Shown here piece by piece: positions 60,599 through 64,000 of a stretch of DNA of 64,000 nt; position 1 is the stretch's first letter, and the number at the start of each line of letters is the position of its first letter. The translations under genes and the position numbers were made by a program. Below the pieces are notes generated by a model. That model did not search any database and was not told where the DNA came from. It saw only the letters and a list, made by a program, of their open reading frames with translations. Source of the stretch: the human T2T-CHM13v2.0 reference genome, Homo sapiens; assembly GCF_009914755.1 (NCBI RefSeq), contig NC_060928.1. One strand, 5' to 3'.

Positions 60599-61611
60599 AG
60601 AGAGGTCAGATTACAAATCAGCTACCATTAGCCATGTCTCTGCCTGCATCTACAACAATGATCCACTGGAGGGAAGTATTCTGTCTTGCTTTCTTTGGGG
60701 AAGAAATTGTAGACTCAGGGTGATATTTAGTCAATCAAAACTTTCTTTCCTCCTTCAGTATACTGAAGAGAACGTGTTTGTCTTTTTTTTTTCTCTCTCT
60801 CTCCACTGTAGGCAATAACTACCCAGAGCTCTGTTAGCATAAATTTTATGCAAATTTTATTCAACAATGCTAACCTGGGGAAGAAGAACAAAATTTGTAT
60901 AGTGGCTTAACAGCGTCAATTGAAGTTTACGTAGTTCGGAGAATTAGTCAAGGATTTTCTCCTACCAATAATTTGTGCAGATTAGCAGCCAGGATTTGGG
61001 AAATTTCGATTTTTTTCAACAGGAATGGAAAATAGCTGGGATCTGAGGTCATGTATACAAGGGAGTAGAGAGGAATAGTTGCAGAAACCCAGTGGAAGAT
61101 TCTTAGTCCTTCACAATCTCTTATGTTATTTTTAATATAATAAATATTTTAATATGCAAAATATATAAGATGTATATATATTATTTACATATCTTTTTAT
61201 ATGTCATATTTATATATTATATATAAAAGACAAGCAAGCATATTTTACAGACAAAAAGAAGGCTATTTCAGAATGATTTTAGAAGCATTACATATTCTCT
61301 TTCCTTTAGCATTATGTACTCTTAGAAGGAACATAGAGATTCTTGCAATATATTGTTGAAGAACAAGAGATACTGTTCATAATCTACTAATTCATCTGAT
61401 TCCATGAGAAGGAAGCATCGTTTTGTGGTAATATCTCCCATAAGAACAGGATGAATCCTCTGGAAAAATACCCACTTAAAATGTAAAATTAAAAACAAAT
61501 TAAAATTTAAATTAAAAAAATTAAATTTAAAAAAGCCACCACCACCAATGTAACCACTACCATCATCACCAACACACCACTAGCACCACTAAGCACTGGC
61601 TCAGCAGGTAG

Positions 61612-61926
<315 letters not shown>

Positions 61927-62224
61927 ACATTTAAAATTTTCAATGTGAAAAACTGATCTATTTTTAACAAACTGTCTCATGCCATATTTCATATGTATCT
62001 TAAGTTTGCTGGATTCCAAACTCCAAATATTATGACATTAATACTTAGTTAATATGGTCAAGTGAGTAATTTTCTATAATAAAATGGTTTTTCTAGAATA
62101 CTTCCTAGAAAGCAGAGAGCTTTGTATTGCAATGTTGTTTCTTTTTTTTTAGCAGGGTATATTAAGCTGCCAGCTGATCCCAGTTGGACAAGCTGCCTTG
62201 TCTTTCTCTCCTTCCTTGCTTTAG

Positions 62225-63240
<1,016 letters not shown>

Positions 63241-63545
63241 GTGTTGTCCATGTACAAGTGAATAAATTCTTGTTGATCTTTCAGTCTAGTTGGGTTAGCA
63301 GGTATATCTGCAGGTGAGTTCAATCAATCTCATGCAACAGGATTATGTAAGAAAAACATCCTGGGTGAACTTGGCAAGGCCTCCTCCTCAGTTGTCAGGG
63401 ATATGGACAGGAGTTTTTTCTTCCCAGAAAATATCCCCAAGTCATCTTGAAGCCATGGTAGCACCTCCTCAGGTTGCTCCTGAGGGAAACATTTAACACA
63501 TTTTAAATCTCATTCAATGATGGAGAACAAATAAATTTCATCTTA

Positions 63546-63914
<369 letters not shown>

Positions 63915-64000
63915 TTAAGCAAAAAGGGAATAGATTTATTCACATAACCACAAAGTCTATGGGTAAGGTTGGTTTTAGGCATGGGTGAGCCTAGGAGACT

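Overview
Primate (almost certainly human) intronic or intergenic DNA, AT-rich and roughly half interspersed repeats: about 25 Alu copies or fragments, L1/L2/MIR relics, MaLR and ERV1 solo LTRs, and Tigger/MER DNA transposons. No protein-coding gene is supported; the long ORFs derive from Alu, a MER52 LTR and L1 ORF2. The most informative stretch is 46.7-57.4 kb. A full-length U6atac snRNA copy is fused directly to a 5'-truncated L1PA inside one target-site duplication (TSD). That chimera interrupts a decayed Ty3/gypsy provirus with a tRNA-Pro-like primer-binding site, a PNMA-like capsid and a CCHC knuckle. Next to it is a Tigger1 with a fold-back duplicated end enclosing an older L1 relic. Also seen: a very young AluYc1-like copy, a mosaic Alu, a 150-bp dispersed duplication, a MEF2+TEAD+E-box cluster, a strong CTCF motif and several unconfirmed minus-strand exon candidates. 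Repeat family names come from recalled consensus sequences, not a database search. I found no wholly new system; the best findings are rare instances of known phenomena.
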